Assembly: GCA_046726355.1 (NCBI GenBank)
Contig: JBKPAI010000070.1
Span: 22,637 to 86,636, forward strand
DNA length: 64,000 bases
Direction: 5' to 3'
Origin: Acidobacteriota bacterium
GTDB taxonomy: Bacteria > Acidobacteriota > Vicinamibacteria > Vicinamibacterales > CAVVIG01
Positions 1 through 9,900 of this stretch are shown piece after piece (the first letter of the stretch is position 1; every line of letters starts with the position of its first letter). The position numbers were made by a program, and so were the translations under genes. The notes beneath the pieces are model-generated. The model searched no databases. It was not told where the DNA came from and worked only from the letters and a program-made list of their open reading frames with translations.

Positions 1-491
1 TCTTTCGGGTACTTCGTGTAGATCTGCTCCATCGCCTTCTCATAGGCGAGCGTTCGCGCGCGGTGATCGAGCTTGTCGGCATCCTTGTACAACAGCGCCA
101 CCGCGGCGATGTACTCGCGCTCGCGATCGGTCTTCGCGCCGATGGCCTGCGCCGCTTCCGCCGCCGCGAGGCCATCCTCGAGCGTCTTCTGCGAGCGCAG
201 GCCGGCGAACGGGTTGCCCCACGTCGCCAGCGCGATACCCCACTGCGCGATGCCGCAGGCGGGATCCTCCTGCAGGACCTGCTTGAACCCGGCAATGGCG
301 TACGGGAATTCGAAGGAGTGAAGGAGCGCCATCGCGCGGTCGAATTCCACGCCGACAGATGCGGCGCAGGAGGTGTCGAAGTGAACCTTGCCGAGCCGCT
401 CGCCGCCCGGCCGCGGCGCCTGTGCGTGCGGCGCGGACGTTGAGGCGAGCGCCAGGGCAACAACCGACGAGACGACACTGAGGGCACGCAT
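1..491 (-). CDS. secreted helical-repeat (TPR-like) protein, N-terminal part; CDS runs off the left window edge
   Basis: ATG at 491-489 on the minus strand. It is absent from the ORF track because the frame is still open at position 1. My translation is MRALSVVSSVVALALASTSAPHAQAPRPGGERLGKVHFDTSCAASVGVEFDRAMALLHSFEFPYAIAGFKQVLQEDPACGIAQWGIALATWGNPF..., a signal peptide followed by helical-repeat-like sequence. This is much more protein-like than the overlapping Arg-rich ORF 40..591. Confidence 0.5.
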   Translation of the reverse strand, partial: MRALSVVSSVVALALASTSAPHAQAPRPGGERLGKVHFDTSCAASVGVEFDRAMALLHSFEFPYAIAGFKQVLQEDPACGIAQWGIALATWGNPFAGLRSQKTLEDGLAAAEAAQAIGAKTDREREYIAAVALLYKDADKLDHRARTLAYEKAMEQIYTKYPK

Positions 492-531
492 GATCCTCTC
501 CCTGCTGCTGACGTGTTCCAGACTCACCACT

Positions 532-564
532 GAACGCAAAGGACGCTAGGGACGCAAAGAAAAG
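532..564 (+). repeat. 9-nt tandem array, family A-like (ACGCAAAGG ACGCTAGGG ACGCAAAGA), single arm
   Basis: gaacgcaaaggacgctagggacgcaaagaaaag was read directly. It lies in the divergent spacer between the edge CDS and the PQQ gene. Confidence 0.6.
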
Positions 565-737
565 AATAGTCACTCTATCCGCCCCTCGCACGTAGTTTGT
601 GCAGTCCGGCTCGGAGTCCGGCTTCCAGCGCGAAATGCGGAGATTTGTCGAACATTCGACCGGTCATGACGGGCGAACACCATTTTCGACTACCATCCGG
701 ATGGCGAAAACGTCGTGCTGAGAGGCGTAGCCCGCTC

Positions 738-2849
738 ATGAAACCGAACGCAACCATCCTTGCCGTTGTCTCGGTCGCCGTTCTTGCGGACGTGAACGCC
801 GCCAGAGTGCAGAAGCCGGCTCCGCGGCGTTATACAACCTGGTCGGCGTACGGCGGCACACCCGATCAAATCCGGTATTCGACGCTCAGCCAGATCAACC
901 GCGCCAACGTCAAACAGCTCCAGGTCGCATGGACCTACGACACCGGTGAGCCGGGCGGCCTGCAGACACAGCCGATCGTCGCCGACGGCATCCTCTACGC
1001 CTCCACCCCCACGCACAAGACAATTGCCCTGCGCGCCGAGACCGGCGCACTGCTGTGGACATTCGATTCGGGAATCAAAGGTCAAGGACCGAATCGCGGC
1101 ATCATGTACTGGTCGAGCGGCGGCGACAAACGGGTCTTTGCCGCCGTGGATCAATACCTCTACGGACTCGATGCCGCGACGGGAAGGCCGATTCCTGCGT
1201 TCGGCGATGGGGGCCGCATTGACCTCCGCCGCGATCTCGGCAGAGATCCCGACAAGCAATCCGTCCGGCTCACGTCGCCGGGTGTCGTGTACAAAGATCT
1301 GCTGATCGTCGGCGGCCGGGTGTCCGAGGGCCTGCCCTCTTCGCCCGGCGACATTCGCGCGTACAACGTGAGGACCGGCGAGCTTCGGTGGAGTTTCCAC
1401 ACCATTCCTCATCCGGGCGAGGCCGGCTACGAGACGTGGTCGAGGGACTCGTGGCGTGAGAATGGCGGCGCCAACAACTGGGCCGGCATGGCGCTCGATG
1501 AGGCTCGCGGGATCGTCTACGTCCCGACGGGGTCAGCCGCCGCTGATTTCTACGGCGCCAATCGAATCGGCGACAATCTGTTCGCCAACTGCCTGATCGC
1601 GATGGATGCGGGGACCGGGAAGCGCATCTGGCACTTTCAGTTCGTCCGCCACGACATCTGGGATCGCGATCCGCCGTCGCCGCCAAGCCTCGTCCGCCTG
1701 CGGCAGGACGGGCGCACGATTGATGCCGTCGCCCAGTCCACAAAACATGGGTACGTCTTCGTCTTCGATCGCGTGAACGGCAAGCCCATTTTCCCGATCG
1801 AGTACCGCAGCTATCCGGTGAGCGACGTTCCGGGCGAGCTGGTCGCCGCCGCGCAGCCGATCCCGACCAGGCCGAGGCCGTTCGCACGGCAGGTGCTCAC
1901 GAGCGAGTTGCTCACGACGCGCACGCCGGAGGCGCGGAAGTGGGCGGCCGCCGAGCTCACAACCTTCAGCAACGACGGGTTGTTCGTCCCGTTGAAAATA
2001 GGGAAGCAGACGGTCATCTTTCCCGGATTCGACGGCGGAGCCGAGTGGGGCGGACAGGCCTTCGATCCCGAGACGGGACTGTACTATGTCAACGCGAACG
2101 ATCTCGCGTGGACCGGCGGCCTCGCGCCGGCCGAAGACACCGGCACCGGCACCGGCCTGTATCGCCAGCACTGCGCGTCGTGCCATCGCGACGATCTGGA
2201 AGGCGCGCCTCCGCAAATCCCGGCGCTCGTCGCAATCGGCGAGCGACGAACCGGTCCCGAGCTCACGGCAACAATCCGGCAGGGGGCAGGGCGGATGCCC
2301 GGGTTTCCAACGCTCTCCGACGCCGAGGTCGCGGCGATCGTCGAGTACCTTGCCGGTGGAAACAATCCGCGGTGGTCCACGCCGCGCACCGCACCGCGCC
2401 AGAAGTACAGATTCACCGGGTACAAGAAATTTCTCGATCCCGACGGCTATCCTGCCGTCGCGCCACCGTGGGGCACGCTGAACGCCATCAACCTCAACAC
2501 CGGCGAATTCGCCTGGCAGATTCCGCTTGGCGAGTACCCGGAGCTCGCCGCGCAGGGGCTGAAGGACACAGGCAGCGAGAATTATGGCGGGCCGATCGTG
2601 ACCGCGGGCGGGCTGGTGTTCATCGCCGCGACGAACTTCGACCGGAAGTTTCGCGCCTTTGACAAGCTCACCGGCGAGCTCGTGTGGGAGACGACGCTTC
2701 CGTTTTCGGGGAACGCGACGCCTGCCACCTTCGAGATCGACGGACGGCAATTCATCGTCGTCGCCGCGGGCGGCGGCAAAGGCGTTCGCGGGAGCGCATC
2801 AGGCGGGACCTATGTGGCCTTCGCGCTGCCGGCGGGGAACAGCAGGTGA
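738..2849 (+). CDS. periplasmic PQQ-dependent dehydrogenase (glucose/quinate/shikimate dehydrogenase-type beta-propeller) with an embedded c-type cytochrome domain
   Basis: Internal Met 48 of ORF 597..2849 starts a signal peptide (MKPNATILAVVSVAVLADVNA). PQQ-propeller motifs are present (DQIRYSTLSQINRANVKQLQVAWTY, HDIWDRDPPSPPSL). A CASCH haem-binding motif and downstream MPGF lie about 520-600 aa in, and propeller sequence resumes after them. Confidence 0.85.
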   Translation: MKPNATILAVVSVAVLADVNAARVQKPAPRRYTTWSAYGGTPDQIRYSTLSQINRANVKQLQVAWTYDTGEPGGLQTQPIVADGILYASTPTHKTIALRAETGALLWTFDSGIKGQGPNRGIMYWSSGGDKRVFAAVDQYLYGLDAATGRPIPAFGDGGRIDLRRDLGRDPDKQSVRLTSPGVVYKDLLIVGGRVSEGLPSSPGDIRAYNVRTGELRWSFHTIPHPGEAGYETWSRDSWRENGGANNWAGMALDEARGIVYVPTGSAAADFYGANRIGDNLFANCLIAMDAGTGKRIWHFQFVRHDIWDRDPPSPPSLVRLRQDGRTIDAVAQSTKHGYVFVFDRVNGKPIFPIEYRSYPVSDVPGELVAAAQPIPTRPRPFARQVLTSELLTTRTPEARKWAAAELTTFSNDGLFVPLKIGKQTVIFPGFDGGAEWGGQAFDPETGLYYVNANDLAWTGGLAPAEDTGTGTGLYRQHCASCHRDDLEGAPPQIPALVAIGERRTGPELTATIRQGAGRMPGFPTLSDAEVAAIVEYLAGGNNPRWSTPRTAPRQKYRFTGYKKFLDPDGYPAVAPPWGTLNAINLNTGEFAWQIPLGEYPELAAQGLKDTGSENYGGPIVTAGGLVFIAATNFDRKFRAFDKLTGELVWETTLPFSGNATPATFEIDGRQFIVVAAGGGKGVRGSASGGTYVAFALPAGNSR

Positions 2850-2877
2850 TCCGCTCGATTATTCGAGAGCGACTGAC

Positions 2878-4038
2878 ATGAACAAAATGACGCTGCTCGT
2901 GCTCCCCTCGCTGCTGATCATGGCGTCCGCGTTTCCGGTGGCACAGCACCCGGCGGGCGACTATTTCGTCTTTGTCGGCAGTTATACGAATCCGACGCCG
3001 GCCACCACGTCCGGGTCCAAAGGGATCTACGGGTTCCGGTTCGATTCGAGCACCGGAATGCTCAGCCCGCTCGGGCTGGCCATTGAAACAGTGAACCCCG
3101 CGCACCTGTGGGCGCATCCAAACGGCAGGTTCCTCTACGCCGCAAACTGGGAGACCGGCGACAAGGTCGTTGGTGACACGATCAGCGCGTTTGCCGTCGA
3201 CCACAAGACTGGAGCGCTCAGCCTGCTGAACAAAGTCAGCGCTCACGGCGATCGCGCGAATCAGATTGTTCTGGATCCCACCGGCACGGTGGCAGTCACG
3301 GTGACGTACAACAGCGGTACGGTGACCGCCTACGGTGTCGAGGCTGACGGCCGACTGAGCGAAGGCTTCTATACCGACCAGCACGCCGGCCGGCCGCTGA
3401 GCGCGCGTCAACCGGGCCCGCGCGCCCACGGCGTCGTGTTCAGCCGGGACAGCCGCTTTGCGTTCGTCGCCGAGCTCGGACTGGATCGCGTCTACAGCTA
3501 TCGCCTCGATACCGCCAGGCGCACGATGGCGCCCTTCGATCCTCCACACGTCAATGTGAAAGCCGGATCGGGTCCGAGGCGTCTCCAGCTTCATCCGAAC
3601 GGGAAATACCTGTACGTGAACCACGAGACCGCTTCCGCGGTCAGCGTCTTCGAAGTGGACGGCGGCCGGCTGAAAGAGATTCAGTCGCTGTCGACGTTGC
3701 CGGGCGATTACACGGGCAACAACACCACCGCCGAGATTCAGATTGACGCGGAGGGCAGGTTTCTCTACGTCACCAATCGCGGGCATGACAGTATCGCGGT
3801 CTACGCCGTTGATCCCGGGAAAGGCACGCTGACGATGACCGGGACCGTGCCGAGCCTCGGCGCGACGCCGAGAAACATCACGATCGATCCGACCAACAAC
3901 TACCTGGCCGCGGCCAATCAGGGAACCGGGAACGTCGTCGTCTTCCGACTCGATCACAAATCCGGACGCCTGACGCCGACCGGTTCGCAGCAGCAGGTAC
4001 GCCAGGCGGGCGGAGTTGCGTTCGTGAAAGCGCAGTAG
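2878..4038 (+). CDS. lactonase family protein (7-bladed beta-propeller, 6-phosphogluconolactonase-like)
   Basis: Internal Met 74 of ORF 2659..4038 gives the signal peptide MNKMTLLVLPSLLIMASAFPVAQ. Repeated blade-like segments are present (FLYAANW.., FAFVAELGLDRVYSY, YLYVNHE.., FLYVTNRGHDSIAVY, YLAAANQGTGNVVVF). It starts 28 nt after the PQQ gene stop. Confidence 0.8.
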   Translation: MNKMTLLVLPSLLIMASAFPVAQHPAGDYFVFVGSYTNPTPATTSGSKGIYGFRFDSSTGMLSPLGLAIETVNPAHLWAHPNGRFLYAANWETGDKVVGDTISAFAVDHKTGALSLLNKVSAHGDRANQIVLDPTGTVAVTVTYNSGTVTAYGVEADGRLSEGFYTDQHAGRPLSARQPGPRAHGVVFSRDSRFAFVAELGLDRVYSYRLDTARRTMAPFDPPHVNVKAGSGPRRLQLHPNGKYLYVNHETASAVSVFEVDGGRLKEIQSLSTLPGDYTGNNTTAEIQIDAEGRFLYVTNRGHDSIAVYAVDPGKGTLTMTGTVPSLGATPRNITIDPTNNYLAAANQGTGNVVVFRLDHKSGRLTPTGSQQQVRQAGGVAFVKAQ

Positions 4039-4057
4039 CCCGCCTTCCGGGTGCATA

Positions 4058-4144
4058 CTCCGCTCGTCTCCGTTCCTCCGTTTCTCTGTGTTATCCCGCT
4101 GCCTCCGTGGCCTCGTGTTATCCCGTGGCCTCCGTTCCACCACG
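4058..4144 (+). repeat. 9-nt tandem array, family B (CTCCGTT units), fills the convergent spacer
   Basis: About nine consecutive 9-mers: ctccgctcg tctccgttc ctccgtttc tctgtgtta tcccgctgc ctccgtggc ctcgtgtta tcccgtggc ctccgttcc. Positions 4063-4098 match 48305-48340 at 32 of 36 positions. Confidence 0.8.
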
Positions 4145-4146
4145 AC

Positions 4147-6666
4147 CTATTCGGCGCGCAGTGCGACCAGCGGATCGACGCGCGACGCGCGGCGGGCCGG
4201 GATGTAGCCGGCGACCAGTCCCATTGCGAACATCACGATCGCTGCGCCGATCAGCGTGCGCACGTCGGTTGCGCGCAAGCCGAACAACAGACTCTGCGCC
4301 GCGCGGGATGTGCTCAACGCGAGCGGAACGCCGCCAAGAATGCCGGCGATGACCCAGACGAGCGATCGCGCCAGCATCGCCAACAGCACGTCGCCGCGCC
4401 GCGCTCCCAGCGCCATTCGAATCCCAATCTCGCTCGTGCGCTGAACGACCTGGTACGCGATCAGACCATACAGCCCGAGACACGCCAGACCCGCAGCAAG
4501 CACGGCGAACGTAACGAGGAGGATCGTAATCATGCGCTCCTGAACGTGCGTTCGCCGTACCAGCTCGGGCCCGACCTCGAGACGTCCAGCAGACAGCCGT
4601 GGATCCTCGGATGGAATCAGCTGGCGCAGCACCGGCGCCAGCCCGGCGGGGTCGGCCGCGGTGCGCACAAGAAAACGGGTGCTCGCGGGCGTCCAGTTCG
4701 GCCGGATTTGCGGCAGCTGGAAGTACGGGACGTAGAACCGCATGCCCGGCTCCTCCCTCGGACCACTCTGCTTCACGTCATGAGTCACCGCCACGATCTC
4801 CAATTCTTTCTGCGACTCCTCAGGATTCCCCCAGAGAAGCCGCCGGCCAATCGGACTGGCACCGGCAAAAAACTGGCGCGCCATTTCCTCGTTGATGGCG
4901 ACCACATTCCCCGACCCGGCAGCATCGCGATCGCTGAAGTCACGGCCGGACACCAGCGCAATTCCCATCGTGGAGAAGTACTGCGGGCCGACGACGTCCC
5001 AGTGTGTGCGCGGAAACCCTTCTGCTCCGGCGATCGAACCTTTCGGACGCATGAGATTCGTCGTACTGTCCCTCCCCATGAGCACGCCGTTCTCCGACAA
5101 GCTGACGGACGATACGCCGGCCACGGCCTCAATCCTCTCGAGAAGGCGGCGATTGAGCGCGAGGGCGCGCTCGCCGGTGTAGCCCGCTGCCTGTGGATTG
5201 ATGTCAAGAACAAGCAAGTGCCCGGGCGCAAAGCCCAGGTCGACGTCGCTCAGGTTGGCAAGAGTTCTCAAGAACAGTCCGGCACCCGTCAGGAGGACGA
5301 GCGACACGGCGACCTGCGCGACAACGAGAAGCGATGTGAGCCATCGGTTCGCACGGCCAGCGCTCGCGCGTCTCGCGACCAGGGACGCGACCATGTTCGA
5401 TCGAGCCGACTCCGCGGCTGGCGCAAGACCGAACGCTGCCGCGGTGGAGAACGAGACCGCAGCGACAAAGAAGAGCAGCCGCCCGTCGGTCGCGACAGCC
5501 ACCGGCAGCCGCGAGCCGTCAGCGGAGATCAATCGAAGAAGCGCCTCTCGTCCAAGCCAGGCAATCGCCATGCCGGCGATGCCGCCCAGCCCAGACAGGA
5601 CGAAGCTCTCCGTCAGGAGCTGTTGGACGAGCCGCGCCCGGCTCATGCCCAGGGACAGGCGGATATCGATCTCGCGGCGACGCGCCGCGGCCCGAGCGAG
5701 CAGAAGATTTGCGACGTTCGCGCACGCGATCAGCAGCACCAGAATGACCGCGCCCATCAACAGCTGCAGCGGCCGCGCAAACTGCGCGCGCAGGTTCGAC
5801 ACGCCCCGGCTGGCCGGCCGGAAGGTGACCGTCGCTCGCGCGATGTCGCGCCTCACGTCCGCCGGAGGCGTCGGTCCGAAGATCTCCGTCGCAACTCGTC
5901 GAAACGTCGCGGTGAGCGCCGGTTGAACGCCTGACGCGGCCGCACCCGGCCGGACGCGGCCGATGATCCGAAGCCACCCGGTGCCCGGACTTTCAAGCAG
6001 GTTCCGGCCGGGCACGACCTGTCCCCACATGGTCAGCGGAACCCACAGATCCGGCGCAGCGCCCACGTCTTCACCGAAGAAACCCGCGGGCGCCACGCCG
6101 ATGATCGTGATGGGGAAGCCGCTGATTCGAACGACTCGATCGAGAATGGCGGCATCTCTGCCGAACCGGCGTTGCCAGTAGCCGTAGCTTGCAATCGCGA
6201 TCGGATGCTCACCGGGCCGGCGGTCGTCAGCGACCGTGAACAAGCGGCCAAGCGCAGGTTGGACTCCCAGGGACGAGAAATATGAGCCCGACACCAACGA
6301 GACGGCCGTCGTCTCCCGGGAGGCGCTCTGAATCTCGACGTCGAGCGGTGTCACGCCGGCCGCGGCAAACACGTCAGCGAAGATCTCCGTGTGCCGCCGA
6401 AAGGCCTGGAACACGGGATACTGTGATCCGCCGACGACCTGGACGAGTTCTTCGGGATTCCTGACCGGCAGAGGACTGAGGATCACAGCATCCAGCAGGC
6501 TGAAGATGGCTGTGGTGGCACCGATGGCGAGCGCCAGCGTCAGCACCGCGACGGCTGTTAAGCCCGGTGACTTGCACAGGCCGCGGAACGCGTAGCGCAC
6601 GTCTTGCCACACGCTCTCGATGGCGAATTCCCACACGACGTCGCGAAGGTGATCTTTCCGGCTCAA
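4147..6666 (-). CDS. ADOP-family duplicated orphan permease (two FtsX/MacB-like modules)
   Basis: 839 aa. The N-terminus QDVRYAFRGLCKSPGLTAVAVLTLALAIGATTAIFS is typical of the family. There are two repeats of a large periplasmic domain plus an FtsX 4-TM module. The C-terminus is YIPARRASRVDPLVALRAE. Confidence 0.85.
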   Translation of the reverse strand: MSRKDHLRDVVWEFAIESVWQDVRYAFRGLCKSPGLTAVAVLTLALAIGATTAIFSLLDAVILSPLPVRNPEELVQVVGGSQYPVFQAFRRHTEIFADVFAAAGVTPLDVEIQSASRETTAVSLVSGSYFSSLGVQPALGRLFTVADDRRPGEHPIAIASYGYWQRRFGRDAAILDRVVRISGFPITIIGVAPAGFFGEDVGAAPDLWVPLTMWGQVVPGRNLLESPGTGWLRIIGRVRPGAAASGVQPALTATFRRVATEIFGPTPPADVRRDIARATVTFRPASRGVSNLRAQFARPLQLLMGAVILVLLIACANVANLLLARAAARRREIDIRLSLGMSRARLVQQLLTESFVLSGLGGIAGMAIAWLGREALLRLISADGSRLPVAVATDGRLLFFVAAVSFSTAAAFGLAPAAESARSNMVASLVARRASAGRANRWLTSLLVVAQVAVSLVLLTGAGLFLRTLANLSDVDLGFAPGHLLVLDINPQAAGYTGERALALNRRLLERIEAVAGVSSVSLSENGVLMGRDSTTNLMRPKGSIAGAEGFPRTHWDVVGPQYFSTMGIALVSGRDFSDRDAAGSGNVVAINEEMARQFFAGASPIGRRLLWGNPEESQKELEIVAVTHDVKQSGPREEPGMRFYVPYFQLPQIRPNWTPASTRFLVRTAADPAGLAPVLRQLIPSEDPRLSAGRLEVGPELVRRTHVQERMITILLVTFAVLAAGLACLGLYGLIAYQVVQRTSEIGIRMALGARRGDVLLAMLARSLVWVIAGILGGVPLALSTSRAAQSLLFGLRATDVRTLIGAAIVMFAMGLVAGYIPARRASRVDPLVALRAE

Positions 6667-6682
6667 GAGTGCCCTCCTCCAT

Positions 6683-6869
6683 CAGGTCGGTCAGTGGGTC
6701 AGGCGGCTCGGGTAGGTCAGGTGGGTCAGGGGAGTCGCCTGGGTCAGGTAGGTGCAGGTGGGCTGTCCTACGGTGCCCTACCTGCCCCTACCCGACCTAC
6801 TTGCCCTACCCGACCTACTTGCGCTCCCCGACCTATCTGCCCTACCCGCCCTACCTGCCCTACCCGCCC
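6683..6869. repeat. family C array pair: G-rich arm (GGTCAGG/GGTAGG units) followed by C-rich complementary arm (CCCTACCCG ACCTACTTG units)
   Basis: The left arm is about 6683-6762 and the right arm about 6773-6869, with a clear 9/18-nt period (ccctacccgacctacttg x2, then variants). It occupies most of the 280-bp divergent spacer between the ADOP and the receptor gene. Confidence 0.8.
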
Positions 6870-6945
6870 GTGAAGTATGCTGCTGCCCCGCCGCACGGCG
6901 TCCGGATTATCTGTCGCCCCGGACGGTTCGGAGAGGAGAAAGACC

Positions 6946-9900
6946 ATGCGATCTCCGACAGCACTTGCAATCGCCGCATTCGTCGTCCTGTGTGTCTCAC
7001 CGGCAAACGCGCAATATACGACCGCGAGCCTGGGCGGGAACGTCGTTGATTCGAACAACGCGGTTCTGCCGCAAGCGCAGGTGATCGTGCGCAACGTGGA
7101 TACCGGGTTCACGCAGAGCGCCACGACCGATCAAAGCGGCGCATTTCTATTTCCCAGACTTCCCGTAGGCAATTACGAGCTGCGTGTCGAGAAGACCGGC
7201 TTCTCGACATACGTGCAAACCGGCATCAACCTCACCGTCGACCAGGCGGCAACCCAGACCGTCGTCATGCAGATCGGTCAGGTCAGTGAGGAGGTGACGG
7301 TCCAGGCCGATGCCGAGCTCGTCGGGACACGGAACGGCACGCTCGGCCAGCTGGTCGATCAGAAGCGCGTCGTCGAGCTCCCCTTGAACGGCAGGATGGC
7401 GCAGTCACTGGTGTTTCTGGCCGCCGGCACGGTGGACCTGGGAAGGAACGGCTGCCGGATCTGCGGTCACGGGGGCGTGTACCCCGGCGAGCAGACCGCC
7501 GGCGTCAACGGCGCGGGCATGGCCCAGGTGAACTATCAGCTGGATGGGGCCGGTCACAACGATACCTACTTGAACGTCAACGTGCCCTTTCCCAATCCCG
7601 ACGCAGTCCAGGAATTCAACCTGCAGGCCAGCAATTTCACCGCTGAATACGGCAATGCCGCGGGCGGCATCGTGAACATCGTCACGCGCTCCGGCACGAA
7701 CGAGATTCGCGGCACCGTCTTCGAATTCCTCCGCGATGGTGCATTGAATGCGCGGAACTACTTTGCCCCGGACAAGGATCCGTTGAAGCGGAACCAGTTC
7801 GGCGGCAGTGCTGGAGGTCCGATCAAGAAGGAGAAGCTGTTCTATTTCGGGACGTTCCAGGCCACTCGCAGCCGCAGCAAAGCTACGGGCAGCGTCGCCT
7901 TCGTGCCGACCGGCGCTGAGCGCGCGGGAGACTTCTCTTCGCTGTCGCGGCAGCTCGTGGACCCTGTCACGCGCGAGCCGTTCCCCAACAATCAACTCCC
8001 GCAGGACCGGATCAGCCCGGTGGCCAAGTATTTCCTGAAATGGATCCCGCTGCCGAACCGCGGCGGCCGTGAGCTGAACTTCGTCGGCACGGAACAGACC
8101 GAGACTGAGAATCAGTTCATGACCAAAGTCGAGTACAACGGCAGAGGGCAGCAGCTGAGCGGCCGCTATTTCTTCACCGATTACGACCTTCCGGCGGTCA
8201 TCCCGACGGACAACATCCTCGCTGCGAGCAACGTCGGGAAAGCGGTTCGTGTACAGAATGTTTCGGTCAACCACACCGTTTCAATCCGCCCGACCGTGCT
8301 CTTGAACAGCACGTTCGGATTCAACCGCCAGCGCGGCGGGTCGCTGTCGAGCGGCCCGTTCGGCTATCCGGATGCCGGCGTCCGTATCTCGTCGGCGGCC
8401 TCTTCGGCGCTGAAGGCCCCGCCGGAAATCGTCATGAGCGTCACCGGAGCCTTCAGCATCAACACGAATCATTTCGGCGACTTCGATCGCGGCGACTTCA
8501 CCCTCCGCGAAAACCTGACCACTCTGTACGGGCCGCACGAGATGCATTTCGGCGGGGAAGTGGTCCGCCTGTCCAACCACATCACCAACACGTTCCGCAT
8601 GGACGGAAATTTCACCTTCAATGGCAGTCTGTCAGGCGACGGAATGGCCGACTTCCTTCTCGGCCGCGCTTCGAATTTCGTTCAGGGAGGCGGCGAGTTC
8701 AAGGACCTCAAAGGCACGCGTTGGGGCGCCTTCGCGCAGGACAACTGGCGCGTCAACCAGAGGCTGACGGTGAACCTGGGTGTTCGCTGGGATCCGTATT
8801 TCCCTTACTACGACCGGGAGGGCCGTGTCGTCTGTTTCGAGCCCGGCGCGAAGTCACAGCGGTATCCGAATGCGCCGGCCGGCATGCTGTACGGAGGGAC
8901 GAATCATGATCCCGGATGCCCGGTCGGGGGCTCGGACGCCAACGTCTGGAACATCGCACCAAGAATCGGCTTCGCTCACCGGCTGACGGAGGACGGCCGG
9001 ACCAGCCTGCGCGGCGGCTACGGCCATTTCTACACCCCGATTCAGGCAAGCGCCTTCAATCCATTTACGAACATCGCGCCGTTTGCTCCGGGATTCTCCT
9101 TCGACGGCGTATCGTTCGAGGATCCGTACGGCAGCGCTGGTGTTCGTAATCCGTTTCCGGAGCAGTACGGGCCGCGCGTTCCCGGCCCCGAAGTCACGTT
9201 CGTCACGCCGACGGAGCTGCGAGCCGTCTTCGCCAGGGACTTCCGGACGCCGTTGCTGGCCGCCTGGAACCTGTCGCTCGAGCGCCAGGTCGGCGCCGAC
9301 TGGGTGTTTCGCATCGCATACGTCGGCAACAAGGGGAGCTACTTCTTCGCCGCGGCGGAGAACGGTCGCGAGATCAATCCGGCGATTTACGTGCCGGGCG
9401 CCTCGACGGTCGCAAACACGCAGGCCAGACGGCGCTACCAGGATTACAGCCGCATTGGACTGTACGAATCGACGAACAGGACGAAGTACAACTCGGCGCA
9501 GGTCAATGCCGAGAAGCGGTTCGGCAAAGGTCTCGCGGTGGTGGCCAGCTATACGTACTCGAGAAAATTAGACGATTACGGGTGGACGACGCCCGACGAT
9601 CTGCGGTTCGACTACGGCTTGTCGCGTGAGGACGTGCCGCACAATTTCAGGTTCTCCAACGTCTGGCAGTTCCCGCACATTGGCGCGGATGGGATTCTGA
9701 GCCACGTTGTCAACGGCTGGATGCTGAACACGATCGTGACCTGGCAAAGCGGATTCCCGTTCACGATCACGAGCGGGCGGGACAATTCATTCACCGGCAT
9801 CAATCGGGACCGAGCCGATTTCCTGGGTGGAACTGCCGATCTGGGGTCGGGTCGGACACCCGAGGAGATGGTGGCGCGCTATTTCGATACCTCGAAGTTC

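Noticed and set aside
40-591. 183-aa minus-strand ORF from the track, at the left edge
   Set aside because: It is Arg/Ala/Gly-rich with no recognisable features. A different minus-strand frame starting at 491 gives a clean signal peptide and helical-repeat protein that is open at the window edge, and I prefer that frame.
4051-5934. 627-aa plus-strand ORF antisense to the first ADOP permease
   Set aside because: This is a typical high-G+C shadow ORF with extreme Arg/Gln/His/Pro content and no motifs. The opposite strand encodes a well-recognisable FtsX/MacB-like permease.
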